A DNA stretch of 64,000 nucleotides. It comes from Octopus sinensis. Its lineage: Eukaryota. Positions within the stretch are counted from its first letter, which is position 1. The number at the start of each line of letters is the position of its first letter. The position numbers and the translations under genes were made by a program. The DNA lies in assembly GCF_006345805.1 (NCBI RefSeq), contig NC_043020.1, positions 27,590,001-27,654,000 of the forward strand, given 5' to 3'. The notes beneath the pieces were generated by a model. It ran no database searches. It had not been told where the DNA came from and saw nothing but the letters and a program-made list of their open reading frames with translations. Below, in pieces: positions 63,845 to 64,000 of the stretch.

Positions 63845-64000
63845 GCAGTGAGCTGGCGGAAACGTTAGCACGCCGGGCGAAATGCTCTGCGGTATTTCGT
63901 CTGCCGTTACGTTCTGAGTTCAAATTCCGCCGAGGTCGACTTTGCCTTTCATCCTTTCGGGGTCGATTAAATAAGTACCAGTTACGCACTGGGGTTGATG
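63845..64000 (+). mobile_element. SINE family B copy (runs off the window)
   Basis: GAGCTGGCGGAAACGTTAGCACGCCGGGCGAAATG...GTCGACTTTGCCTTTCATCCTTTCGGGGTCG. Confidence 0.8.

Overview
Eukaryotic, AT-rich DNA saturated with (AT)n/(AC)n/(AAT)n microsatellites and tRNA-derived SINEs. This composition and SINE set look like an octopod cephalopod genome (inference). One 100-N assembly gap lies at 48993-49092. The only confidently identified host gene is the 3' portion of an MBOAT1/2-type lysophospholipid acyltransferase on the + strand: 8 phase-compatible exons from 1050 to ~13212, including the NWN and catalytic WHG motifs. The rest is a transposon mosaic: a decayed Tc1 element with TIRs, piggyBac-type TTAA MITEs, CR1/L2, RTE and R4/Dong LINE fragments, and two Penelope-like RT+GIY-YIG elements. 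The most interesting signal is non-coding. By hand-folding I find 8 near-complete type I hammerhead-ribozyme motifs plus one truncated copy, in four unrelated sequence families: (i) a tRNA-headed SINE-like composite with a hammerhead in its tail, (ii) the inverted pseudo-LTRs of a Penelope element, (iii) a pair of ~190-bp direct repeats predicted to release a 492-nt retrozyme-like monomer, and (iv) an isolated Penelope-type 3' end. An RTE fragment ending in three tandem C2H2 zinc fingers is also notable. No databases or folding programs were run; family names rest on recalled motifs and repeat boundaries are approximate.
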